From an uncultured Acidobacteriota bacterium (lineage in GTDB: Bacteria; Acidobacteriota; Vicinamibacteria; Vicinamibacterales; 2-12-FULL-66-21): 64,000 bases of DNA. The DNA is taken from assembly GCA_963749835.1 (NCBI GenBank), contig CAVVOD010000004.1:361061-425060 (forward strand), read 5' to 3'. How positions within the stretch are numbered: the stretch's first letter is position 1; the number at the start of each line of letters is the position of its first letter. Shown in pieces: positions 8,837 to 17,379 of the stretch. The notes under the pieces were generated by a model, which ran no database searches, was not told the DNA's origin, and saw only the letters and a list, made by a program, of their open reading frames with translations. A program made the position numbers and the translations under genes.

Positions 8837-11803
8837 ATGATTCAGGCACTTCGGCAACTCATCCGCATTTTCGTCATCGTTCTCGGCGTGCAAAGTCTCC
8901 TGCCGGGCGTTGCGTCCGCACAGCAGCCGCCATGGGTCAACGTGACGGGCAATCTGGCGAATATGCCGTCCGAGTGCGGAAACCTGACCATGGTTTCTGC
9001 GGTGCCTGGCGCCAGCACGGTGCTTGCGGGCGTCGCAACCAAAGGCCTGTGGGCGAACAGCACCGGAGATCAATGGGTTCAGCTCGGGACCGGGGCCTCG
9101 TCAGCGACCATCCTCAATCGACCCATCGGGATTGCTTACGATCCCGTCAATTCGGGCGTCTTCTGGGAGTCAGGTATTTACGGCACTGGCGGTGGGGTGT
9201 ACAAGACTACGGATGGCGGCAGTACGTTCGTCCAACTCGGGACCGTATTTCACAACGACTATATCAGCGTTGATTTTGCCGATCCTGCCCGTCAGACGTT
9301 GCTGACCAACGGTCACGAAACGCAGCAGCAGGTGTACCTGTCGACCAACGGCGGACAGGCGTGGACCAATATCGGTTTGAACCTTCCTGCCAATACTGCG
9401 GCCGGCTATCCCCTGCTCCTGGACTCTCAGACGTATCTGGCCGGCGCAGCCCAGGATTTCGGGACCCCTGGCATCCATCGAACAACGAACAGCGGGGCCA
9501 GCTGGCAAAAGGTCAGCGACGACGGACCTAACGCGGCACCGCTGGTGGCTTCAGACGGCATTATCTATTGGTCTCATGCCGACAAGGTTCTCAAATCCAC
9601 GAATTCCGGAGTGACCTGGACTCAAGTTGGAAGCGGCCTGCAGATTGGTCCGTCCGTTGCGATCATCGAGCTGCCCGATGGAACGCTGGTGGGCGTGGGG
9701 ACCACGACCCTGATGAGGTCCGCTGATGGCGGGTCCACGTGGTCTCCGATTGGCCCGACACTGCCGCTATTCAAACCCATATCGTTGACGTATTCGGCGG
9801 CCCGCAAGGCCTTCTTCATTTCGCATTTTGACTGCAACAACTTCGTGTTGCCCGATGCGGTCATGAGCCTTACCTTCGACCCCCTGGCGCAGCCACCGAC
9901 AATGACGCTGGACAGGACGGCGCTCAGTTTCGGCGCGACGAGCGCCGGAGCCGCGTTCAGCAGCAAGACCGGCGCGCAGACGGTGCGGCTGACGCAAACC
10001 ACCGCCGGCACGGTCACGTGGACGGCGACGTCGAATCAGCCGTGGCTCTCCGTGTCGCCCGCATCGGGCACCGGCTCAGCGACACTGACGATCAACGTGG
10101 CGTACTCGAGCAGCGTCGCCACGGCGGGAGTGCAAAGCGGCGCGATCACCCTCGCGTTCAACGGCGCCGCGAACAATCCCGGGCCGGTCAACGTTTCGCT
10201 CAGGACGCTCGTCAACGGCACGGGCCCCACCGGTGCGTTCGATACGCCGACCCACAATACGACGGGCGTGACCGGCTCGATCCCGGTGACCGGCTGGGCG
10301 ATTGACGACCTCGAGGTCACCCGCGTGCGGATCCTGCGCGATCCGGTCGCCGGCGAAGGGGCCGCGCCGGTCTTCATCGGCAACGCCGTCTTTGTCGACG
10401 GGGCTCGCGTGGACGTCGCAACGCGCTACCCGGGCGCGCCGCGCAATACGCGGGCGGGCTGGGGCTATCTGATGCTCACGAATTTCCTGCCCAACCAGGG
10501 GAACGGGACGTTCAAGCTCTATGCGTATGCCGACGATGCCGACGGGAATACGACCGTTCTGGGCACAAAGACAATCGTGTGCGACAACCTGCACGCCATT
10601 ACGCCATTCGGGGCAATCGACACGCCCCTGCAGGGGGCGGTCGTCAGCGGGGTCGTCAACAACTTCGGGTGGGTGCTGGCGCCCGGGACAGGGTCAGTCC
10701 GCGCCGATGTCCCCGGAGGCGGCACGGTGAATGTCGTGATTGACGGAGCGGTCGTGGGCGCGCCCGCTGGGTGGACGTCTCGCACGGATCTGACAACGCT
10801 GTTTCCGACCGGGTTCTCGTCCCTGGCCTCGACGCTTGCGGTGTTCCCCATCGATACGACCGGGCTCACCAACGGCGTCCACACGATCGCCTGGGGGGTC
10901 GTGGCGAACACCGGGCCGGCCTCCGGGGTCGGCAGTCGCTACTTCACGGTGAGCAACGGCAGCGGTCTGCAGGCAGGCGTCCAGGCGCCCCGGGTCAGCG
11001 GCGCGGGGCCGGCCTCGATGACCGCGGTGCGCTCGCACGCACGCGGGTCGGTCGCAGAGACGATCGCGCGTAGTACAGAGGTGAACGCCGCGCCACTGGA
11101 GCGCGCGTCGATCAGCGGGCGTCGTGGTTATGACATCGATGCGCCGTTCCAGCCGTTCCCGGTTGCGGCCAGCGGCCGGACCACAGTGCAAGGGGAGGAG
11201 CTGGACCGCTTCGAGCTGCGGTTGAGCGAAACGGACGGGGAGCGCTACACCGGCTACATGCGCGGCGGGGCCGAGTTGCACGCGCTGCCGATTGGATCGC
11301 GCATCGATCCCGCGACCGGTGTGTTCACGTGGGCGCCCGGAGTCGGTTTCGTTCGCAACTACGACCTCGTGTTCGTCCGATGGACCGATGGTCAGGCGGT
11401 AGCGCGACGGGAAGTGCGATTCGTCCTGCATCCCAGGGGCAGCAATCGGCTTGGGCCGCAGGTCACCATCGACACGCCGGCTGCGAAGGCGACGGTCGGT
11501 CGCGCGTTCTCAATCGGCGGCTGGGCGATCGACCTCGATGATCGCGTGGGCACCGGAATCGACACGCTGCATGTGTGGGCGTATCCGGCGCGCGGCGGCG
11601 ACCCGATCTTCCTCGGCGCGGCGGCGTACGGCGGTGCCCGCCCCGATGTGGCGGCGATCTACGGCGATCGGTTCAAGAACAGCGGCTACGGGATCCGCGT
11701 CGACTCGCTGCCACCGGGACAGTACGATGTAGCCGTGTTCGCGTGGAGCATCCTGAAGGACGGGTTCGTGCCCGCGAAAGTGGTGAGAGTGACGGTTCGA
11801 TAG
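8837..11803 (+). CDS. large secreted protein: BNR/Asp-box beta-propeller N-terminal half plus repeated Ig-like C-terminal domains
   Basis: 988 aa with a signal peptide (..LLPGVASAQQ). Five Asp-box-like motifs are present (TTDGGSTF, STNGGQAW, TTNSGASW, STNSGVTW, SADGGSTW). Three C-terminal repeats have the form ..IDTP....V.G.....GWA.D.. An AT-rich promoter-like island lies at ~8700-8836. Confidence 0.85.
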   Translation: MIQALRQLIRIFVIVLGVQSLLPGVASAQQPPWVNVTGNLANMPSECGNLTMVSAVPGASTVLAGVATKGLWANSTGDQWVQLGTGASSATILNRPIGIAYDPVNSGVFWESGIYGTGGGVYKTTDGGSTFVQLGTVFHNDYISVDFADPARQTLLTNGHETQQQVYLSTNGGQAWTNIGLNLPANTAAGYPLLLDSQTYLAGAAQDFGTPGIHRTTNSGASWQKVSDDGPNAAPLVASDGIIYWSHADKVLKSTNSGVTWTQVGSGLQIGPSVAIIELPDGTLVGVGTTTLMRSADGGSTWSPIGPTLPLFKPISLTYSAARKAFFISHFDCNNFVLPDAVMSLTFDPLAQPPTMTLDRTALSFGATSAGAAFSSKTGAQTVRLTQTTAGTVTWTATSNQPWLSVSPASGTGSATLTINVAYSSSVATAGVQSGAITLAFNGAANNPGPVNVSLRTLVNGTGPTGAFDTPTHNTTGVTGSIPVTGWAIDDLEVTRVRILRDPVAGEGAAPVFIGNAVFVDGARVDVATRYPGAPRNTRAGWGYLMLTNFLPNQGNGTFKLYAYADDADGNTTVLGTKTIVCDNLHAITPFGAIDTPLQGAVVSGVVNNFGWVLAPGTGSVRADVPGGGTVNVVIDGAVVGAPAGWTSRTDLTTLFPTGFSSLASTLAVFPIDTTGLTNGVHTIAWGVVANTGPASGVGSRYFTVSNGSGLQAGVQAPRVSGAGPASMTAVRSHARGSVAETIARSTEVNAAPLERASISGRRGYDIDAPFQPFPVAASGRTTVQGEELDRFELRLSETDGERYTGYMRGGAELHALPIGSRIDPATGVFTWAPGVGFVRNYDLVFVRWTDGQAVARREVRFVLHPRGSNRLGPQVTIDTPAAKATVGRAFSIGGWAIDLDDRVGTGIDTLHVWAYPARGGDPIFLGAAAYGGARPDVAAIYGDRFKNSGYGIRVDSLPPGQYDVAVFAWSILKDGFVPAKVVRVTVR

Positions 11804-11885
11804 CGTGGCGTCAAGAGAACGTACAGCTCTCAGCCGTCAGCTGCGAGTTGGCCGGAAGTGCTTCAGAGGTTTTGCGAAGAAGATC

Positions 11886-12233
11886 AAACACGGAGGCACG
11901 AAGACACGGAGTCCGGACGGAGGCCCCACGAAACGGGTGGTCGGGGCGCGCTCCGCGCGGTGCGGCGAGGACATCTCGCAAACACAAACTCCATCTCACT
12001 TACGGGGAGCTTGTGTTTGCGAGATCTCCTCGCTGCACTCGCCGGCCGAATGGCCGGCGCCCGACCACCCCGGACTCCCCGCAGTCCTATGGCGACAGCG
12101 ACAACAGCCACGGTTGGACACGGCCATCCTCCGAACGGCCCGTGCCTTCGGGTAACCCCCAATCTCTCCGTGCGTCCCCGTGTCTCAGTGGCTCCGTGGT
12201 GGAATTTTCCGTGCCCTCCGTCTCCTCCGTGCC
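11886..12233. mobile_element. MITE-like multi-hairpin element, copy D1 (CACGGAG-type inverted termini, central ~26-bp-stem hairpin 11966-12030)
   Basis: Left end is aacacggaggcacgaagacacggag. The right end ctctccgtgcgtccccgtgtctcagtggctccgtggtgg is the reverse complement of a sequence nearly identical to the left end of D2 (ccaccacggagtcactgagagcacggagacgcacggagag). Internal inverted pair: gggtggtcggggcgc / gcgcccgaccaccc. No ORF with protein character. Confidence 0.65.
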
Positions 12234-15200
12234 CTATCCCCCCGGCGCCACTGGGACAGGCGCCGGGTCGTACGCGAGGTTCGGCGCGAGCCAGCGCTCG
12301 ATGGTCTCGATGTCGGCATCCTTCCGCATGGCGTAGGACTCCACCTGATCCCGTGCAATCCGGCCGACGTTGAAGTACTTCGCCTCCGGATGTGAGAAGT
12401 ACAGCCCGCTCACCGAGGCCGCCGGCAGCATCGCAAAGCTCTCCGTCAGCGTGAGCCCCTGCCGGCCCGCGTCCAGCGCGTCGAACAGCTTGCCCTTCTC
12501 GGTGTGGTCCGGACACGCGGGATAGCCGTATGCCGGACGGATGCCACGATACTTCTCGGCGACGAGATCGTCGTTCGACAACTGTTCCTGGTCGCCGTAT
12601 CCCCAGTCCTTCCGCGCCTGCGCGTGGAGGTACTCCGCGAACGCCTCGGCGAGTCGGTCGGCCAGCGCCTTCACCATGATCGCGTTGTAGTCGTCGTGAT
12701 CCCGCTCGAAGCTCCGCGCCAGTTCGTCAGCGCCGAGTCCGGCCGTCACCGCGAACATCCCGATGTAGTCCGGCACGCCGGTGTCCAGCGGCGCGATGAA
12801 ATCCGCAAGCGATCGGTTCGGACGCTTGTCGGCAATCACTTCCTGCTGGCGCAGCATCGGCAGCCGCGTCAGCTCGACGCGACGCGTGTCGTCCGCGAAC
12901 ACGACGATGTCGTCGCCGACGCTGTTGGCGGGCCAGAAGCCATAGACACCACGGGCCGACAGCAGCTTCTCCTTGATGATCCGCTTGAGGAGTTCCTGCG
13001 CGTTCGCATACAGCTCGCGTGCGGCCGATCCGTAGGTCGGATGTTCCAGGATCGCGGGGAAGCGCCCCTTGAGCTCCCAGGCCGAGAAGAAGAACGTCCA
13101 GTCGATATACCTGGCAATATCCTCGAGCGCCACGTCATCCAGGTATCGGCGCCCGACGAACCACGGTGACGCAATGACGTGACCGTCCCAGTCGATCGTG
13201 AGGCGGTTCGCGCGCGCCTGCTCATACGTCAGCAGCGGTTTCTGCCGCCGCGTGGCGTAGCTCTCGCGAATCTCCGCCTGCGCCACACGGTTCACCCGGT
13301 CGAACTCCTCCCGCCTCTCGCCGATGACGCTTGACACCACGTCCACCGCCCGCGACGCGTCGAGCACGTGGATCACCGGGCCGGAGTATTCGTGCGCAAT
13401 CTTGACGGCCGTGTGCTGCCGGCTCGTCGTCGCTCCCCCAATCAGGAGCGGCGTCGTGAAGCCGCGGCGCTCCATCTCCCGCGCGACGAACGCCATCTCG
13501 TCGAGCGACGGCGTGATGAGCCCGCTCAGCCCGATGATGTCGGCCTTGTGTTCCACCGCCGCATCGAGGATCTTCGCCGCCGGGACCATCACCCCGAGGT
13601 CGATCACCTCGTAGTTGTTGCAGCCCAGCACGACCCCGACGATGTTCTTGCCGATATCGTGAACGTCTCCCTTCACCGTCGCCATCAGGACACGGCCCTG
13701 CGCCGACGCGGCGCCCGTGATGCGCTTACGCTCTTCCATGTACGGCAGCAGGTAGGCGACCGCCTTCTTCATCGCCCGCGCGCTCTTGACGACCTGCGGC
13801 AGGAACATCTTGCCCGCACCAAACAGATCGCCGACGACCTTCATCCCGTCCATCAGCGGGCCCTCGATGATGTGCAGCGGCTCTTCATACTTCTGCCGCG
13901 CCTCCTCGACGTCCACCTCGATGAAGTCCACGACGCCGTGCACGAGGGCGTGCGACAGCCTCGCCTCGACGGTGGCCTCGCGCCAGCCGAGATCGGCTTC
14001 CCGCTTCGTCCCGCTCCCCTTGACGCTGTCCGCGAACTGCACGAGCCGCTCCGTCGCGTCAGGACGACGGTTGAAGATGATGTCTTCGACGTGTTCCAGC
14101 AGGTCCTTCGGGATGTCTTCGTAGACGATCAGCTGTCCGGCGTTGACGATGCCCATGTCCATGCCGGCCTTGATGGCGTGATACAGGAACGCGGAATGGA
14201 TGGCCTCGCGGACGACGTCGTTGCCGCGGAACGAGAAGGACAGGTTGCTGACGCCGCCGCTGATCTTGGCCCCCGGACAGGTCGCCTTGATGATCTTCAG
14301 CGCCTCGATGTAGTTGACCGCATAGTTGTTGTGCTCCTCGAGCCCTGTCGCGATGGCGAGGATGTTCGGATCGAAAATGATGTCGGTCGGATCGAACCCC
14401 GCCTGCTGGATGAGGAGCGTGTAGGCGCGCTGGCAGATCTGCACCTTGCGCTCGACGGTGTCCGCCTGGCCTGTCTCGTCGAAGGCCATGACGACGACGC
14501 CGGCGCCGTACCGGCGGACCGTCCGCGCCTTGTGGAGGAAGTCCTCTTCCCCTTCCTTCAGGCTGATGGAGTTGACGACCCCCTTGCCCTGGACGCACTT
14601 GAGTCCGGCCTCGAGCACGGTCCACCGGGAGCTGTCGATCATCACCGGGACCCGCGCGATCTCCGGCTCCGTCGCGATGAAGTTCAGGAACGTCGTCATC
14701 GCCTGCTCGGAATCGAGCATGCCTTCGTCCATGTTGACGTCAATCATGTTGGCGCCGCCGCGCACCTGCTCGACCGCGACGCTGACGGCCTCGGTGTAGT
14801 TCCCGCTCTTGATCAGCCGCGCGAACTTCGCCGACCCCGTGACGTTGGTGCGCTCGCCAATCATCTGGAAGTTGCTCTCCGGACGGATCGTCAGCACTTC
14901 GAGCCCGGAGAACTGGGAATAGTGGACGGGATCGGGACTCGGGGCTCGAGACTCGGGATTCGGGGCTCGGGACTCGGGGCTCGGCTCGGATTCGGGACTC
15001 GGGATTCGCCCGCCCCCGCTCGCATCCACATCTGTGCGAGCTACGGCGAGGCCGCGCCGTAGCCGCGCCGCGGCGGAGGCGGGGGACTCGGGGCTCGCCG
15101 GATCGGGACTCGGCGACCCGGGCGCCGTAGCTTCCGCCTTCAGGCGGAAGGATGCTGCAGACACCCATGACGGCGACGGCAGCGGCCGCGGCGTCACGCG

Positions 15201-16190
15201 CTCGACGGCCCTGGCGATGGCCGCGATGTGTTCCGGCGTCGTGCCGCAGCAGCCCCCGAGAATGTTGGCGAAGCCGCTGGCGGCGAAATCCTCGAGCAGG
15301 ACGGCGGTTTCCTCGGGCTGCTCGTCGTACTCGCCGAACGCGTTCGGGAGCCCCGCGTTGGGATAGCTGCTGACGTAGCACTCGGATATCCGCGCGAGCT
15401 CCGCCATGTACGGCCGCATCTCGCGCGCACCGAGCGCGCAGTTGATGCCGACGCTGAACGGCTGCGCGTGCCGGATCGAGGTGTAGAACGCGTCCACTGT
15501 CTGGCCGGACAGGGTTCGGCCGCTCCGGTCCGTGATGGTGACCGAGATCATGACGGGCAGGCGCGTGCCCTTTTCCTCGAACACGTTCTCAATCGCGACG
15601 ATCGCGGCCTTGGCGCCCAGGGTGTCGAAGATGGTTTCGAGCAGGAGCAGGTCCGAGCCGCCGTCGATGAGGCCGCGGACCTGCACCTCGTAGGCCGCGC
15701 GCAGCTCGTCGAAGGTGATGGCGCGAAAGGCGGGGTTGTTGACGTCGGGTGAGATGGAGAGCGTGCGATTGGTCGGTCCGAGCGCGCCCGCGACAAAGCG
15801 CGGCCGGTCGGGCGTCCTGGCCGTCCAGGCGTCGGCCGCCTCGCGCGCAAGCCGCGCCCCTTCGACGTTGATCTCGTACGCGAACGGCTCCAGCTCGTAG
15901 TCGGCCTGTGCCACCGCGGTGCCGCCGAACGTATTGGTCTCGATGATGTCGGCGCCGGCCGCGAGGTACTCGAGGTGAATCGCGCTGATCACATCCGGGC
16001 GCGTCAGGACGAGGATGTCGCTGTCCCCCTTCAGATCCCGGGGATGCGTGGCGAACCGTTCGCCGCGGAAGTCCGCCTCCGTCAGTTTCGCGCGCTGGAT
16101 CATCGTGCCCATGGCGCCGTCGAGAATGAGGACGCGGCGTTCGAGGAGAGAGCGAAGCGTGTCGACGGCAGGACTCTTCATACTGGTCAT
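12234..16190 (-). CDS. metH: cobalamin-dependent methionine synthase
   Basis: 1318 aa. All MetH modules are recognisable: Hcy-binding (..[20 protein letters not shown]), pterin-binding (..GERTNVTGS..), B12-binding (..[13 protein letters not shown]..) and the AdoMet activation domain (..[12 protein letters not shown]..). About 90 aa longer than the 1227-aa E. coli enzyme because of the linker insertion annotated separately. Confidence 0.97.
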   Translation of the reverse strand: MTSMKSPAVDTLRSLLERRVLILDGAMGTMIQRAKLTEADFRGERFATHPRDLKGDSDILVLTRPDVISAIHLEYLAAGADIIETNTFGGTAVAQADYELEPFAYEINVEGARLAREAADAWTARTPDRPRFVAGALGPTNRTLSISPDVNNPAFRAITFDELRAAYEVQVRGLIDGGSDLLLLETIFDTLGAKAAIVAIENVFEEKGTRLPVMISVTITDRSGRTLSGQTVDAFYTSIRHAQPFSVGINCALGAREMRPYMAELARISECYVSSYPNAGLPNAFGEYDEQPEETAVLLEDFAASGFANILGGCCGTTPEHIAAIARAVERVTPRPLPSPSWVSAASFRLKAEATAPGSPSPDPASPESPASAAARLRRGLAVARTDVDASGGGRIPSPESEPSPESRAPNPESRAPSPDPVHYSQFSGLEVLTIRPESNFQMIGERTNVTGSAKFARLIKSGNYTEAVSVAVEQVRGGANMIDVNMDEGMLDSEQAMTTFLNFIATEPEIARVPVMIDSSRWTVLEAGLKCVQGKGVVNSISLKEGEEDFLHKARTVRRYGAGVVVMAFDETGQADTVERKVQICQRAYTLLIQQAGFDPTDIIFDPNILAIATGLEEHNNYAVNYIEALKIIKATCPGAKISGGVSNLSFSFRGNDVVREAIHSAFLYHAIKAGMDMGIVNAGQLIVYEDIPKDLLEHVEDIIFNRRPDATERLVQFADSVKGSGTKREADLGWREATVEARLSHALVHGVVDFIEVDVEEARQKYEEPLHIIEGPLMDGMKVVGDLFGAGKMFLPQVVKSARAMKKAVAYLLPYMEERKRITGAASAQGRVLMATVKGDVHDIGKNIVGVVLGCNNYEVIDLGVMVPAAKILDAAVEHKADIIGLSGLITPSLDEMAFVAREMERRGFTTPLLIGGATTSRQHTAVKIAHEYSGPVIHVLDASRAVDVVSSVIGERREEFDRVNRVAQAEIRESYATRRQKPLLTYEQARANRLTIDWDGHVIASPWFVGRRYLDDVALEDIARYIDWTFFFSAWELKGRFPAILEHPTYGSAARELYANAQELLKRIIKEKLLSARGVYGFWPANSVGDDIVVFADDTRRVELTRLPMLRQQEVIADKRPNRSLADFIAPLDTGVPDYIGMFAVTAGLGADELARSFERDHDDYNAIMVKALADRLAEAFAEYLHAQARKDWGYGDQEQLSNDDLVAEKYRGIRPAYGYPACPDHTEKGKLFDALDAGRQGLTLTESFAMLPAASVSGLYFSHPEAKYFNVGRIARDQVESYAMRKDADIETIERWLAPNLAYDPAPVPVAPGG
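14926..15172 (-). repeat. intergenic-type repeat cassette (heptamer run + GCGAGCTACGGCG + CTTCCGCC-TGAA-GGCGGAAG-CTACGG hairpin) embedded in-frame in metH
   Basis: + strand 14928-15008 reads gggatcgggactcggggctcgagactcgggattcggggctcgggactcggggctcggctcggattcgggactcgggattcg. Position 15044 has gcgagctacggcg, and 15125-15150 carries the hairpin module. It is translated as ..[86 protein letters not shown].. Confidence 0.85.
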
Positions 16191-17245
16191 CTCTTCTGTC
16201 CGGTCTCGTGCTGCGCCGGGACTCGCGCCTTCGACGCTCCGGTCGTCACGCGTTTTCGGGGCGCCGTCTTCTTCGAGGTGCCCGCCGGGCCGGCGCCGGC
16301 CACCGCGGCTTTCCGTCCGCTGGCGATCAGGACGGTGAACGGATCCCCGCTCTTTCTGGCTCCGATGGTCACCCTGACGTCCTCGAGGCCGGCATCGGTC
16401 ATGAGCGCCGCCAGGCGGCCGTCAGAGAACCCGAGCGCGTGGTCGCCCAGACGCTCACGCACCCATGTCTGAGCATGTTCCCGCAGGTCCAGCACCAGGA
16501 CGCGTCCGCCGGCGACGAGGATGCGGACCGCTTCGCGCATGGCGCGCGCCGGATCTTCGGCGTGATGCAGGGCCTGGGAAAACAGTGCGACGTCAACGCT
16601 GGCGTCTCGCAGCGGCAGCTTCTCGAGCTCGCCGCGCTTCCAGATGACGTTCGTGACCCTGCGGCGCGATGCCAGCGACCGTGCGCGCTTCAGGACCTCC
16701 GGCGACCGATCGACCGCCACGACGCGCGACGCCCAGCGGCTCGTCTCGACGGTCAGGTAGCCCTCGCCGCAACCCAGATCGGCCACGCGCAACGGCTGGA
16801 GCAGGTGGCCGAGCGCGCGCGCCCATGCGGCCCAGCTCCGGCCCGGCACCAGCTGACGCTCGTTCGTGTCCGGCCCGGCATGCGCCTCGAAGTTCTCCTT
16901 CCGGACGCGGCGCACTTCCTCCAGCCGCGCATCGTCCGCGCGGCCGGCCGGGGTGGCGCCGATGGCGCGAAAGTGGGCTTCGAGGAGGGGCCACAACGGG
17001 CCGAAGCCGTTCTGCGCCTCGCGGAGCGCGGCGGGAATGCGGTAGAACGTGAAGCCCGCCTCCCGCTCCTCGGCGATGATCGAGGCGTCCTTCAGGAGGC
17101 CGAGGTGACGGGACACCCCCGACTGCGCCAGCCCCAGGATGCCGGTCAGCTCGGTGACGTTCAGCCGCTCCTCCGCCAGCACCCTGAGGAGCCTGAGCCG
17201 CACGTCGTCGCCGAGCAGGCGGAAGAGCGCGGGCGCACCAACCAT
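16187..17245 (-). CDS. SahR-like regulator: ArsR-type winged HTH fused to a class I SAM-methyltransferase-fold domain
   Basis: The N-terminus ..[41 protein letters not shown].. is an ArsR HTH. The C-terminus ..[11 protein letters not shown].. plus ..[11 protein letters not shown].. gives MTase motifs I and post-I. Its stop overlaps the metH ATG (ATGA at 16187-16190). The track start 17281 is TTG; I prefer ATG at 17245. Confidence 0.85.
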   Translation of the reverse strand: MVGAPALFRLLGDDVRLRLLRVLAEERLNVTELTGILGLAQSGVSRHLGLLKDASIIAEEREAGFTFYRIPAALREAQNGFGPLWPLLEAHFRAIGATPAGRADDARLEEVRRVRKENFEAHAGPDTNERQLVPGRSWAAWARALGHLLQPLRVADLGCGEGYLTVETSRWASRVVAVDRSPEVLKRARSLASRRRVTNVIWKRGELEKLPLRDASVDVALFSQALHHAEDPARAMREAVRILVAGGRVLVLDLREHAQTWVRERLGDHALGFSDGRLAALMTDAGLEDVRVTIGARKSGDPFTVLIASGRKAAVAGAGPAGTSKKTAPRKRVTTGASKARVPAQHETGQKR

Positions 17246-17275
17246 ATCTACTAATCTACATGTATTGATGCGAGA
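17246..17275. promoter_or_regulatory. AT-rich island directly upstream of the SahR-like gene (direct repeat ATCTAC-N2-ATCTAC, palindrome TACATGTA); candidate promoter or operator
   Basis: atctactaatctacatgtattgatg, read directly. It is the only AT-rich stretch in this spacer and abuts the preferred ATG with no Shine-Dalgarno, so a leaderless transcript is possible. Confidence 0.3.
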
Positions 17276-17300
17276 TGGCAAGGGCGGTGTCGCTTCGAGC

Positions 17301-17373
17301 GGTCAGCTCTCAGGTCTCAGCTGTGAGCCATTGGTATCGGAGCTGAAAGCTGAGTGCTGAGAGCTGAGAGACC
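17301..17373. repeat. inverted pair of GAGAGCT-family heptamer runs forming an imperfect hairpin
   Basis: ggtcagctctcaggtctcagctgtgagcc .. ggagctgaaagctgagtgctgagagctgagagacc. It lies between the M13 peptidase stop and the SahR-like start. Confidence 0.75.
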
Positions 17374-17379
17374 GCGCGG

